Virus record (IMG/VR): IMGVR_UViG_3300046010_015841
Origin: an uncultured virus (IMG/VR IMGVR_UViG_3300046010_015841)
Lineage: Duplodnaviria > Heunggongvirae > Uroviricota > Caudoviricetes
Direction: 5' to 3' (one strand)
Length of the DNA: 64,000 nucleotides
Shown: piece after piece, positions 10,701 to 19,759 of the stretch
Layout: each line of letters starts with the position of its first letter
Position numbering within the stretch: position 1 is the first letter of the stretch
Program-made: the position numbers and the translations under genes
Notes under the pieces: model-generated
Told to the model about the DNA's origin: nothing
The model's input: the letters and a program-made list of their open reading frames with translations, nothing else
Databases searched by the model: none

Positions 10701-11470
10701 GTTGATGTAGCACATTCACTTCCTCCCCCTGGAAGATATCTAGGTTGAATCATAGCAGGACCGGATGACCAGCTAGTACCATTATATGTTTCTGTAAATG
10801 CAAAGAACTGGCTACCTCCAGCAATTGTACCTGAAAAAGCTACAGCACTATTTTGTGTACCAGAAGCGGCACCAGCCATTCTACTATTAATTAAAGCTCC
10901 TCCTGATGCCCACGAAGTACCATCGTATTCTTCAGTATTTCCTACTGCTACGTTGGTTTGTCCTCCTGTTCCTAAAGCTGAGTTTTGAGATCCTGCTGCT
11001 CCTAAAAATTGTTGTCTACCTGTAATTAATGCTCCACCTGCTGACCACGAAGTACCATTGTATTCTTCTGTACATGTTACGTTAGCTGGTGTTTGGCCTC
11101 CAAAGTATAAAGCTAAATTTTGCTGGCCAGTAGTTCCTCCAGCAACGTGAGCAGATATAATAGCTCCACCAGCTGTCCATACGTTAGAAATTCCATCATA
11201 TTCTTCTGTGCATGTGAAAAATGGAGAAAAAGGAGCAGGCCAACCACTAACACCAAGAGCCGAATTTTGAGTACCAGTAACTCCTATATATTGTCTAGCG
11301 GTAATTAAATTTCCTCCTGATGACCAGGAAGTTCCATTATATTCTTCTGTAACGTTTGTAACAAAAGACCCTCCTGTTGATCCACCAACAGCTAAACCAG
11401 CATTTTGTGTACCTGCTCCCCCTAAACTTTGCCTAGTTGTAATTAGATTACCACCTGTAGACCATGACAT
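7754..11470 (-). CDS. Kelch-like beta-propeller plus globular domain plus ~750-aa Thr/Pro hexapeptide stalk (putative virion fibre/adhesin)
   Basis: About six repeats of [19 protein letters not shown], a TP linker, a ~145-aa domain, then (S/T)(V/I)T(V/I/P)TP repeats. Confidence 0.7.
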   Translation of the reverse strand: MSWSTGGNLITTRQSLGGAGTQNAGLAVGGSTGGSFVTNVTEEYNGTSWSSGGNLITARQYIGVTGTQNSALGVSGWPAPFSPFFTCTEEYDGISNVWTAGGAIISAHVAGGTTGQQNLALYFGGQTPANVTCTEEYNGTSWSAGGALITGRQQFLGAAGSQNSALGTGGQTNVAVGNTEEYDGTSWASGGALINSRMAGAASGTQNSAVAFSGTIAGGSQFFAFTETYNGTSWSSGPAMIQPRYLPGGGSECATSTCTFAAGGLRAPGIRLNNTEEYSAAAASPTPSPTPTLTPTPTRTQTPSVTPTPSITVTPTITPTRTITPSSLPASVYTVTIEEVGGNVVWSGTGNFNITELSCVSNTSTGPGYSSISGQWVIGPGEFPGNLYWASTLTPVNSFGNSNAGASSATGTTAGILCGPNGQSLFLPTTYTSNTPTSATATYNSTTIAGLGIQAGTYTWTWGSTKVNCLRMLISSSPTPSPSRTPSATPSATPTNTPTPTVTPSITSTPSITPTPSITATPSVTPTQTATPSITPTPSITATPSITPTATITPSPTRTTTPSITPTPSITATPSITPTPSITPTRTITPSITSTPSITPTPSITPTSTVTPSVTVTPSITPTSTITPSVTITPSVTVTPSITPTRTITPSVTVTPSVTVTPSVTATVTPSVTITPTVTVTPSVTITPSITPTRTITPSVTITPSVTVTPSVTATITPSVTVTPSVTITPSVTVTPSITATPSITPTATITPSVTITPSPTITATPSITPTSTITPSVTITPSITPSVTVTVTPSVTVTPSVTTTITPSVTVTPSITPSVTVTVTPSVTVTPSITPTRTITPSITATPTITPTATVTPSVTITPSITSTPSITPTNTVTPSVTVTPSVTVTPSITPTATVTPSVTITPTTTVTPSVTITPSITPTVTITPSVTITPTRTITPSVTITPSITPTTTVTPSQTVTPTATVTPSVTVTPSVTVTPSVTPTVTPSVTPSVTVTPSVTATVTPSVTVTPSITPSVTVTVTPSLTVTPSITPTRTITPSVTVTPTVTVTPSITATPSITPSVTVTPSVTVTPSITPTTTVTPSVTVTPSVTITPTVTITPSVTVTPSITPTQTVTPSITVTPSVTVTPSITPSVTITPSVTVTPSITPTVTVTPSITVTPSVTVTPSITPTRTITPSVTVTPTVTVTPSITPTRTLTPTVTLTPTVTVTPTTTVTPSITPTPSPISKTYYIIID
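7790..10045 (-). repeat. Coding tandem repeat, mostly 18-nt unit encoding xTPSVT-type hexapeptides
   Basis: Directly visible; synonymous positions vary between copies. Confidence 0.95.
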
Positions 11471-11498
11471 GCTTTTTTTATTTTATCTGTTTACAACT

Positions 11499-13346
11499 TT
11501 ATTGATAATTAAAACTTGTTTGTATAGTAATTTCTTTTGGAGTACCTGTAAGGCTTATAAGTCTAAAAGCAAGTATATCACCAACAGCAAAGTTTTGATT
11601 TTGTAAAGTTGAACTTGATACCCAAGTATCGAGAGAATTGTTTGTAAGATCACTTGCAAGTAATGCATTTCCATTTTTTAATGCATTTACAGCTACAGAC
11701 GAACCTGAATCTTGGTACATTAACACCATACTAGCTGTACAAGCTACATTACATCTCCATATTTGAAAGGTTCCAATATCATTAGATGAAATATTACTAT
11801 TATTAATCATCGCAAATGATTTTGAAAAACCACCTGCAACAGATGTAGCTACAGAAGCTGTACTAGCAAATGAAGACGTTGCAGCAAACGAAGCGGTAGC
11901 TACATAAGAGGCAGTTGTTGCATTTCCTTCTAAAGATCCTGTAAAGCCTCCTGTACTGGTTACACTGCCACTAAAAATAGTAGGGCCAATATTTGTAAAA
12001 GTATTACTTCCACTTACTGTTAAGCTTCCACTAATAAATACAGATCCTGAAATTGTTAAATCCTGTGTTAAAGTGTTTATGTATGAAGAAGTTAAAGCAT
12101 TAATAGCCCAACTAGCTGTCCCAAATAATGAACTAGTTACTCTATTAATATTTAAACTACCAACTGAAACAATAGATCCACTTGTGAAAATTGAACCTGT
12201 AAAAGTTAAAACATCAGCATTAGCTGAAAATAATGTTATACCTGTGTCTCCTACAAGATTGGTTGATCCAGTAACTGTTAAAGAACCAGATATTTTTACT
12301 GCTTGATAAAGTGGATCAACATACGATGCTGTAGAAGAAAATGAAGCACTTAAAGCTTGTGTTGCGTATGAAGCAGATACTGCATTTAATACATAAGATG
12401 CTGTAGTAGCATTTGCTGCTTGTGTAGCAAATGATGCACTTAATGCTTGAGTAGCATAAGATGCAGTTCCAAATAGTGAACCTGTAAATGAACCATTAAA
12501 GTCACCATTGAATGATCCTGTGTTGCTTAAGAATTGGTCTACTCTATTTGCTGTTGCAATAACTGAAGGTATACCTGGATGTGCACTTGATGATGCTTCA
12601 GCAAACAATCTCATACCCGTATCAGCTGATGACCATATAATTTGGTAATAATCATTGGTTGCTGATTGAACAAACCAGTTCCAAGCTGCTACTACTTTAG
12701 TATTATTATTTATTAAAGTTATTTTTGTTGCAGTATCAATAAGATCAATACCATTTTTTCTAATCCAAATATCAATTTCATCTGTACCACTATCTGTTTT
12801 ATCTACTTGTGCTGAGAATTGAATATTGTAAACACCAGCATTTTCTGTTTTAATGTAGGTATTAAAAGGATTTGTTGAACCACTTATTGAAACGCCATTT
12901 GTAATAGCAGTTTCATTAAATGACATTGAGCGTGCTACATTAGCTACTGGATTTGTTTGTGTAGTAGTGTCATAGAAACTACCATATGAGCCTGTTGCTG
13001 TATTAAAATTGCCTGAGCCTGTTCCTGTTGAAGAAATAGTAACTTGGCCTTTACCACTTAATGGTGATATTGTGATATTTGGTCCTGCTAATATTTGTGT
13101 TACGCCGCCGTTATCAGCAAACGATGCATATGATGCTGTTAAAGCAAATGATGAACTTATAACACTATTTGATCCAAAAGGACCAAATACATTAGAGGCG
13201 GTTATGAATGATGATGTTAATGCTTGTGAAGCACTAATAGAATAAGATGCAGTTCCAAACAATGATCCTGTAACACCATTAGTTACATTTAATGAATTTA
13301 AAGCAGCGTCTGAGCCGCTTACAATGACTTTTTTCCAATTCGGCAT
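11499..13346 (-). CDS. Tail fibre-like structural protein
   Basis: Ser/Gly/Thr-rich with repeated GSLFGTAS(Y/W)A motifs; begins MPNWKKVIVSGS. Confidence 0.65.
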   Translation of the reverse strand: MPNWKKVIVSGSDAALNSLNVTNGVTGSLFGTASYSISASQALTSSFITASNVFGPFGSNSVISSSFALTASYASFADNGGVTQILAGPNITISPLSGKGQVTISSTGTGSGNFNTATGSYGSFYDTTTQTNPVANVARSMSFNETAITNGVSISGSTNPFNTYIKTENAGVYNIQFSAQVDKTDSGTDEIDIWIRKNGIDLIDTATKITLINNNTKVVAAWNWFVQSATNDYYQIIWSSADTGMRLFAEASSSAHPGIPSVIATANRVDQFLSNTGSFNGDFNGSFTGSLFGTASYATQALSASFATQAANATTASYVLNAVSASYATQALSASFSSTASYVDPLYQAVKISGSLTVTGSTNLVGDTGITLFSANADVLTFTGSIFTSGSIVSVGSLNINRVTSSLFGTASWAINALTSSYINTLTQDLTISGSVFISGSLTVSGSNTFTNIGPTIFSGSVTSTGGFTGSLEGNATTASYVATASFAATSSFASTASVATSVAGGFSKSFAMINNSNISSNDIGTFQIWRCNVACTASMVLMYQDSGSSVAVNALKNGNALLASDLTNNSLDTWVSSSTLQNQNFAVGDILAFRLISLTGTPKEITIQTSFNYQ

Positions 13347-13361
13347 AGTAATATTGTTTTT

Positions 13362-13427
13362 ATATTGCGGTTAGATACATACACTTATGCCGTGTATATG
13401 CCTACTTCCCTAGAGGGCCAGCAATAT
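13362..13427 (-). ncRNA. Candidate cis-regulatory three-way-junction RNA in the 5' leader of the fibre gene
   Basis: Closing stem AUAUUGC(U)GG/CCGCAAUAU, hairpin CCC-UCUA-GGG, and 13-bp hairpin UAGGCAUAUACAC/GUGUAUGUAUCUA (one mismatch) with loop GGCAUAA. Confidence 0.55.
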
Positions 13428-13432
13428 TCTAC

Positions 13433-13441
13433 AATAAATAT
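13433..13441 (-). promoter_or_regulatory. Putative late promoter motif
   Basis: ATATTTATT, just before the structured leader. Confidence 0.6.
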
Positions 13442-13447
13442 GCTAAA

Positions 13448-13672
13448 TTATTTTTTGGATTGTTGTTTTTCTTTATCAATAGCCATTGCATTTGCAAGCT
13501 CTTGCATTTTCCTATCTTCTTGAATTTTTTGAATTTGTCCAATTTCATCTTCAAGTTTTGTTTGCAAGTCTGATAAAAATTTTGCATCTTTTCCTGTAAT
13601 ACTAACCATGTCTGATGCTTGACGAAGAAAAACCAATTCTGTTAATGTTAAATCAACGGAAAATAAATTCAT
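13448..13672 (-). CDS. Small hypothetical protein, paralog of 13680..13883
   Basis: Shares the pattern ELxFL...G...KL with its neighbour. Confidence 0.6.
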   Translation of the reverse strand: MNLFSVDLTLTELVFLRQASDMVSITGKDAKFLSDLQTKLEDEIGQIQKIQEDRKMQELANAMAIDKEKQQSKK

Positions 13673-13679
13673 AACTTAA

Positions 13680-13883
13680 TTATTGTTTTGCTTTTGTATA
13701 CTGTGTTTGTAGTTTTAATGTTGTATTAAAAACAACTTCTAAAGATTCACCCTTAAACGTTGATTGTTTAATAAGTAAAAGCAAGAACTCCAGTTCCTGA
13801 GCATTTAATTGTTCAGGAGCTGGAGTTACTATGTTTTGAGGCTGTGCGCCTTTTGGTTGGTTAATTTTATCTAAAATTCCCAT
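13680..13883 (-). CDS. Small hypothetical protein
   Basis: Start moved to MGILDK (13883) to avoid overlap with the upstream gene. Confidence 0.6.
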   Translation of the reverse strand: MGILDKINQPKGAQPQNIVTPAPEQLNAQELEFLLLLIKQSTFKGESLEVVFNTTLKLQTQYTKAKQ

Positions 13884-13902
13884 AACTATTTTTAAAAACT
13901 TA

Positions 13903-14952
13903 TTAAGAATAAATCCAAATATTCTGATCATTTCCTATAAAGATATTACCTTTTGCTTGATATCTTGCTGCGATAGCTGTTGGATCACTTCCAGCACCAC
14001 CATCAATAGCAGCAGCCACGAAAGCATCAGGAGTAAATGAACTACTTGAACCATTGAAGGAACCGGTAAAGCCCCATCTTGTAGCACCACTATCAAATGC
14101 AAATAATTCACCTACATCTTGAGTACCTTGTTGAACTATAAGACCACCATCGCCTGTTGTATTAGAACCAGAAGCTAAAAGGATAAATCTATCCGCTACT
14201 TCTAAGTTTTGAGTATTTTGGAATGAAGCGGTACCTAATACTGTTAAGTTATTACTAACAATTAAGTTGTTACCAATAGTAACATTATTTGGTAAGCCAA
14301 TAGTTACTGTTTGAGCAGAAACTGAAGTTTCAATTTCATTGTTAGTACCAGTAATTGTTAAACCTTGGTTTAATAAATTAACTGAACCACTTGAACCGTT
14401 TGAACCAGTTACAGCTAAAGTTGTAACTAAACCAGTTAATTGAGAACCATCACCAATAAATGAACCAGTGAAAGAACCAGTTAATACAGATGAAGCACCT
14501 GTTAATTGAATTGAAGTAGCACCTGTAAGTGTAGTACCGTTATCTGTTAAACTTGAATTTACAAACTTACCATCTGCAGAGTTCCATTTTGTAATGGCAT
14601 CATTACTTAATTGAGCAGCACCACTAACAGCTATTGTTTGGAAAGAAGAACCATTATAATCAAATGGTACGATACCTGTACTTTGTGATAAGTGGTTTAA
14701 TAATACAGAGGCAGAAACACCTGTTAAACCACTACCATCACCAATAAATGAACCGGTAAAAGAACCAGTCATTACTACGTTAGTAGCACCAGTTGTAGCT
14801 AAGATATTGCCTGTACCGTTAATAGCGGTTACAGATAAGTTACCAGCGGTTCCACCACCAATAACTACTGATCCTGATGTTAAATTGTCTACTTGTAAAG
14901 CGGCTAAATTTGCACTACTACCAGAGACAACGACTTTTTTCCAAGTTGCCAT
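13903..14952 (-). CDS. Tail fibre-like structural protein
   Basis: Begins MATWKKVVVSGS; duplicated TGSFTGSFIGDGSxLTG. Confidence 0.65.
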   Translation of the reverse strand: MATWKKVVVSGSSANLAALQVDNLTSGSVVIGGGTAGNLSVTAINGTGNILATTGATNVVMTGSFTGSFIGDGSGLTGVSASVLLNHLSQSTGIVPFDYNGSSFQTIAVSGAAQLSNDAITKWNSADGKFVNSSLTDNGTTLTGATSIQLTGASSVLTGSFTGSFIGDGSQLTGLVTTLAVTGSNGSSGSVNLLNQGLTITGTNNEIETSVSAQTVTIGLPNNVTIGNNLIVSNNLTVLGTASFQNTQNLEVADRFILLASGSNTTGDGGLIVQQGTQDVGELFAFDSGATRWGFTGSFNGSSSSFTPDAFVAAAIDGGAGSDPTAIAARYQAKGNIFIGNDQNIWIYS

Positions 14953-14990
14953 GTTATTTTAATTTTTTTGTTGTTTTTGTGTTTTGTGAT

Positions 14991-14999
14991 AATAAATAT
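14991..14999 (-). promoter_or_regulatory. Putative late promoter motif
   Basis: ATATTTATT. Confidence 0.6.
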
Positions 15000-15003
15000 T
15001 AAA

Positions 15004-16902
15004 CTATTCTAACCCCACATAAAAAGAAGACGAAGTAAACCATATACTTCCTGCTTCTATTGAACCTGTTGGATTGAATGATTGAGTTGCAAATCTTACA
15101 ACACTTTCAGTTATTAATAGTTGTGTTGAAGCGGTAGCTGCATTTGTAGAGCCATCAGAAACAATTACACGACCTGGAGCAGCATTATTTATTGCATCAA
15201 AACCAGCACCTGGAGAACCTACAGGTATAAATGCAAATTGATCTCCATCATTTGGATCAGGTCCTGAAGAAGCAATTTGTGTTACTGCGTATGCTTCATA
15301 TCCTGTTTGATAAGGAATAGTTGATGTTACTTGTAAAATTTTATATGTTGAAGGACTACTTAAACTTACGAGTTTAATTATAGTACCTGCGCCTAATGAA
15401 TCTAAATAACTTGAAAATAAAACATTAGGATCATAAGCAAAGTCATCAAACGCAGCAACAGTAGGAGCTAAAGGCCAAGAATTATTTAATTTAAAATATC
15501 CATTTCCTGGGTCTATGTTTGTGGTAAAGCTTGATGTGTATCTCCAAATAGCTAAATATCCACCTGTTTGAGCTTCAAATGAAACACCATTTACAGATAA
15601 AGAACCTGTTATATTAACACTACCTGTAAAGGCATGTTGGTTTGTTAGTAAATGTCCTGCTGTAAAATTATTTCTTACAATTGTAGAACCAGATATTGTA
15701 GTATTTGTATTTACAACAAATCCATTAGTTGGAGAAATAGAGGCAGTAGCACTACCACTTGATATTTGAGATAAATTTAATCCAACTATACTTGAGGCAG
15801 GAATATTAATTAATTGACTTCCGTCACCAGCAAATGATCCTGAAAAATATCCAACACCACTTCCTGAAATAGAACCTGTAATTGCTCCAACAACCCATAA
15901 ATCATTAAGTATTTTTAATGAGCCTGTTAAAGCATGTTGGTTATTACTTCTTAAAATTAATTTGGTATAAGTGTCAACATTATCTCCACCAACAAAAAAC
16001 CCTACATGGGACACATAACCAGGTCCATTTGAAGAAGCATTACCAATATGAAGATTAGATCCTATATTAAATAAGTAACCATCATTTGGACCTCCAAGAA
16101 AACCAGTATAGGTACTACTATTGATACCCATATTAATATAGTTATCAAATTCATCCCCATTATTTGCTGTAGCTACTATATCTGTAGAAGCATTATTTCC
16201 AGCACTTTCATTTCTAACATTAATTTGAGAATAATTATTTACATTACTTTCAAATGTAGCTACATTAATTGATGATGTATTTGGTTGGAATACAAATAGT
16301 GCTTCTGGATTAAGACCAGTACCAAATTCTCTGTTAATAACAATACTAGTATCTAACCACTGACGAGCAGCACTTGAAGACATACTATTTTCTGAATCAA
16401 AAAATGGTATGTGACTTGTAGCAAATTGAATATTGCTTTGAAAACTAGAAGTTCCTGCATCTTCAGCATACGATGCTGTTGCTCCTGGATTAAAATTAAG
16501 GGCATAAGAAGCTGTAACTGCATTTTCTGCATTATCAGCAAATGAAGCTGTTCCAAATAATGAACCTGTAAAACTACTATTACCTCCTGCTATAAAACTG
16601 CCAGAAATTAAAGTTAAATTTCCTGAAAATATATTTACACTACCTGAAAATATAGCAGGACCAACATTTGTAAAAGTATTAGATCCACTTATAAGAACAC
16701 TTCCTGATACTGTTACACTACCAGATATTACTTGATTACCTTTAAATACATTTGATCCTGTAGTAGCAAAAGAACCAGTATCTCCCATTGAACCTGATGG
16801 ACCAGGAGGACCTTGTGGTCCTGGTGTTGATACCTCAATTATATATGAATTTTGAGGATCAATTGATACTATATTGTAGGGGCTAACAACGTTACAGCTC
16901 AT
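15004..16902 (-). CDS. Tail fibre-like protein with short collagen-like segment
   Basis: GPQGPPGPSGSMGD; GSLFGTASFA and GSFAGDGSQL motifs shared with neighbouring fibre genes. Confidence 0.6.
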   Translation of the reverse strand: MSCNVVSPYNIVSIDPQNSYIIEVSTPGPQGPPGPSGSMGDTGSFATTGSNVFKGNQVISGSVTVSGSVLISGSNTFTNVGPAIFSGSVNIFSGNLTLISGSFIAGGNSSFTGSLFGTASFADNAENAVTASYALNFNPGATASYAEDAGTSSFQSNIQFATSHIPFFDSENSMSSSAARQWLDTSIVINREFGTGLNPEALFVFQPNTSSINVATFESNVNNYSQINVRNESAGNNASTDIVATANNGDEFDNYINMGINSSTYTGFLGGPNDGYLFNIGSNLHIGNASSNGPGYVSHVGFFVGGDNVDTYTKLILRSNNQHALTGSLKILNDLWVVGAITGSISGSGVGYFSGSFAGDGSQLINIPASSIVGLNLSQISSGSATASISPTNGFVVNTNTTISGSTIVRNNFTAGHLLTNQHAFTGSVNITGSLSVNGVSFEAQTGGYLAIWRYTSSFTTNIDPGNGYFKLNNSWPLAPTVAAFDDFAYDPNVLFSSYLDSLGAGTIIKLVSLSSPSTYKILQVTSTIPYQTGYEAYAVTQIASSGPDPNDGDQFAFIPVGSPGAGFDAINNAAPGRVIVSDGSTNAATASTQLLITESVVRFATQSFNPTGSIEAGSIWFTSSSFYVGLE

Positions 16903-16903
16903 T

Positions 16904-17281
16904 TTATACTTCGGTTACTTCTTGACTTAATTTAACATTACCTTCTAGTATTCTATTTACATAAGGGCAGGGACCACTTCCTGAAATTATATCCAAGTCG
17001 TAAACGGCTTGATTAAATGTAAATTGGGAAGAAGTACATGAAGCAATATATATAGTAATTGCTCCTGATACAGCATTAGACATATTTAACCCTGTTCCAT
17101 CTCCGTTTAAACTACTACTTAATGTAATAATTACATTAGGAGAACCAACGTATGGTCTAATTTGCATTTTTGCGCCATAATTTTGCAAATTTATTGGGGT
17201 TCCGTTTGAATCTTTGTAAACTATTGTGTAGTTAACCGTAGATCCCTGTTCTATAGTAAATGAGTACCTTCCTGCTGCCAT
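16904..17281 (-). CDS. Small beta-sandwich virion/fibre-attachment protein
   Basis: FTIEQGST, PINL..Y.AKMQIR, AVYDLDI, RILEGNVKLSQEVT, a pattern typical of fibre/baseplate adaptors. Confidence 0.55.
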   Translation of the reverse strand: MAAGRYSFTIEQGSTVNYTIVYKDSNGTPINLQNYGAKMQIRPYVGSPNVIITLSSSLNGDGTGLNMSNAVSGAITIYIASCTSSQFTFNQAVYDLDIISGSGPCPYVNRILEGNVKLSQEVTEV

Positions 17282-17302
17282 AATATATTAGAAATTACTG
17301 GC

Positions 17303-17311
17303 TATAAATAT
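17303..17311 (-). promoter_or_regulatory. Putative late promoter motif
   Basis: ATATTTATA. Confidence 0.6.
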
Positions 17312-17322
17312 TGTTTTGTTTG

Positions 17323-17991
17323 CTATTTACCGTATTCGTACTCAAGTATTTTCCCGACTAGATCCGATCTATGGTTTTCTTTCAATTTAATCCATTTAAT
17401 TTCATCAATTTTTTTAGATAATTCAATAACATATGAAAGTCCGTTTAATTCCCCAGTATGTATTTTTACATCGGTTTGCTCGTTATCACCGTTAATGACG
17501 ATTTTACCGGTTTTTCCTAAACGAGTTAATATAGCTAACATTTCACCCTTAGTAAGATTTTGTGCTTCTTCTACTATCAAGATATCATCAATTGTTTTAC
17601 CTCTTATGAATTGTACAGGTAATGCTTTAACTTTACCTTCAGTAATTAAATCAGATACTTCATTTTTATTAGTACAACACTTATTAAGATTTTCAACAAG
17701 TGCTTCCATATAAGGATCAAATTTACCATTAATATCTCCAGGTAAAAATCCTAAACTTTTACCTACTTCAATAGCTGCTCTTGTATTGTAAATACAGCTA
17801 ATTTGTTTTTTTTTAAGAAAATCTAATGCTGCTTGAGCACATACTAAACTTTTACCACTACCTGCTCTTCCTGTTATAACTACTACTTGGTTTTCTACTA
17901 TTAATCTTTTTGCTTCTTTTTGCTCTTCATTTAATTGAATAGCATTAATTAGTTTAATGTCGTTTTTTCTCTCACGATTTGGTTCACGCAT
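17323..17991 (-). CDS. phoH: PhoH-like ATPase
   Basis: GRAGSGKS Walker A, LGFLPGD, FIRGKT, EEAQN, LTRLG, GDNEQTD. Confidence 0.92.
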   Translation of the reverse strand: MREPNRERKNDIKLINAIQLNEEQKEAKRLIVENQVVVITGRAGSGKSLVCAQAALDFLKKKQISCIYNTRAAIEVGKSLGFLPGDINGKFDPYMEALVENLNKCCTNKNEVSDLITEGKVKALPVQFIRGKTIDDILIVEEAQNLTKGEMLAILTRLGKTGKIVINGDNEQTDVKIHTGELNGLSYVIELSKKIDEIKWIKLKENHRSDLVGKILEYEYGK

Positions 17992-18005
17992 ATAACACTG
18001 TTTGA

Positions 18006-18014
18006 TATAAATAT
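18006..18014 (-). promoter_or_regulatory. Putative late promoter motif
   Basis: ATATTTATA between the capsid terminator and phoH. Confidence 0.6.
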
Positions 18015-18015
18015 G

Positions 18016-18050
18016 AAAAAAAAAGAGTCGAGCTTGCGCTCGACCCTTTT
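18016..18050 (-). terminator. Intrinsic terminator after the major capsid gene
   Basis: GGGTCGAGC-GCAA-GCTCGACTC followed by T9. Confidence 0.9.
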
Positions 18051-18072
18051 ATTATTCTAACAGGTTAGATTA

Positions 18073-19734
18073 TTATAAACCTAAGGTATTTAAACCGTTT
18101 ACAAACACCTTACCATAGAATTCTGGACGTACCATCTTCTTAGCGTAACGAGTCATGATACCTTTTCTTGGAGTGAAGGTATTTGGATCGTACACTAATG
18201 GAGTCATTAATAATGGTACATAAGGAGCGTAAACAGCACCTGATTCAAGGAACTGAGCACCTTTGTAACCCATTAAGATTACGTTGTCGCTGAAATATGG
18301 GTTAACGTATACTTTGTAACGAGAGTTCAAAGTACCGATTTTCTGACTTCCAAAGTTAAATACTTTCTCAAGATCAGCACCAGCATCAGAAGCATATCCT
18401 GGGATAGACTGCATGATAGTAGCTACTTGAGGAGAAGTAACTAAGAAATTAGCTGCACCACGAAGAGTCTTTTGTAAGATCTTGTTAGATACAGACTGAA
18501 GAACAGTACCTAAAGTACTAAACCAACCACCCTGAGTGTTATAAAAACCACCAGTAGTAGATGAAGTTTGACTGAATGCAGTACCATTCCAGAAGTTGTT
18601 ATTGATAGCAGACCAGTAACCAATAGTAGCCGCTTCTTCAGTTAACATAGAAAGGATTTCTAAATCGATTTCCATTGCAATGTACTGAGATAAAAGACCT
18701 GTTAATTCAGCTTCAGCGTCGATGTTCTGATAAGCGTTAAGGTCTTGAGCTAATTCTGGTGTCCATTGAGCCTTTAACTTACGAGTTTTAGCAACGATAG
18801 CGTCAGACTTCAACTGAATGTTGATAGTTGGGATATCGATCTGTACAGGATCAGCGGCGTTTGGAATGGCGATACCAGTATTGTCAGCTTCGAAATCACC
18901 ACGTAAAGCTGGGGTAGTTTGCTTGTTGTAGAATAATACTACATTACCACCATTTGGAGCAGCAGTTGTAACGAAAGTCAAACCAGAACCACTAGCATAA
19001 GTAGTAAACTGTTGTAATACAGAAGCTGGAGTTACACCAGAACCACTAGGAATCCAAGCTTGAACTGATAAGAAATCAGGTAAGCTTAATGCAGAAGCTA
19101 ACTGAGCGTCAGTCATAGTAATAGTATACAACTGAGTTCCGAAGAAACGAGAATCGTAGTTGATGTATGGAGCTACAGAAGCAGAAGCAGCAGCAGCATA
19201 AGAAGCTGTTGTGTTAGCTACAGAAGCTGAAAATTGGTTCATAGAATAACCGTAACGACCTTGACCATAAAGACCACCTGTTGGATCTACGTTGGTAATA
19301 TCGAAATCAGTACCTTGAACATCAGCTAATGAACCGTAAAGTGAAGTACCTTGTACGAAAGGAGTTTTGTTGTTACCGTACTCGAAGTCTAAGTAGAATA
19401 CAAGACCAGAAGGCATAGCCATTGGCTGTACAGATACGAAGTCTTTTGCTACGATTTCAGCAAATACACGGCGAACGAGTGGTAAAGCAATACCAGCCCA
19501 GTTTTCACCAGTTCCACCTAACATAGAGTTAGTACCAGAAGTAATGTTAGTAGATTCAACTACTAATTGTTTAGCTTGGTTTTCGAGGATAACGGCCATG
19601 TTATTCTTTTCAATTTCATTGCCAAATCCTTCAAGAAGACCGCTTTTTTCCCATTTAGAGGCAACTTTAGCTGCTTCAGCTTGTTGGCTCTTCCATGGAT
19701 TTGCGCTTTCTAAAAGCATGTTTAAATTTTCCAT
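18073..19734 (-). CDS. gp23: Major capsid protein, T4 gp23-like
   Basis: VSVQPMAMPSGLVFYLDF, KTRKLKAQWTPELAQDLNAY, YAPYVPL, FTPRKGIMTRYA. Start moved to MENLNMLLE (19734). Confidence 0.95.
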   Translation of the reverse strand: MENLNMLLESANPWKSQQAEAAKVASKWEKSGLLEGFGNEIEKNNMAVILENQAKQLVVESTNITSGTNSMLGGTGENWAGIALPLVRRVFAEIVAKDFVSVQPMAMPSGLVFYLDFEYGNNKTPFVQGTSLYGSLADVQGTDFDITNVDPTGGLYGQGRYGYSMNQFSASVANTTASYAAAASASVAPYINYDSRFFGTQLYTITMTDAQLASALSLPDFLSVQAWIPSGSGVTPASVLQQFTTYASGSGLTFVTTAAPNGGNVVLFYNKQTTPALRGDFEADNTGIAIPNAADPVQIDIPTINIQLKSDAIVAKTRKLKAQWTPELAQDLNAYQNIDAEAELTGLLSQYIAMEIDLEILSMLTEEAATIGYWSAINNNFWNGTAFSQTSSTTGGFYNTQGGWFSTLGTVLQSVSNKILQKTLRGAANFLVTSPQVATIMQSIPGYASDAGADLEKVFNFGSQKIGTLNSRYKVYVNPYFSDNVILMGYKGAQFLESGAVYAPYVPLLMTPLVYDPNTFTPRKGIMTRYAKKMVRPEFYGKVFVNGLNTLGL

Positions 19735-19759
19735 TTCTAGAGATTTTTGTTTTTTAAAA

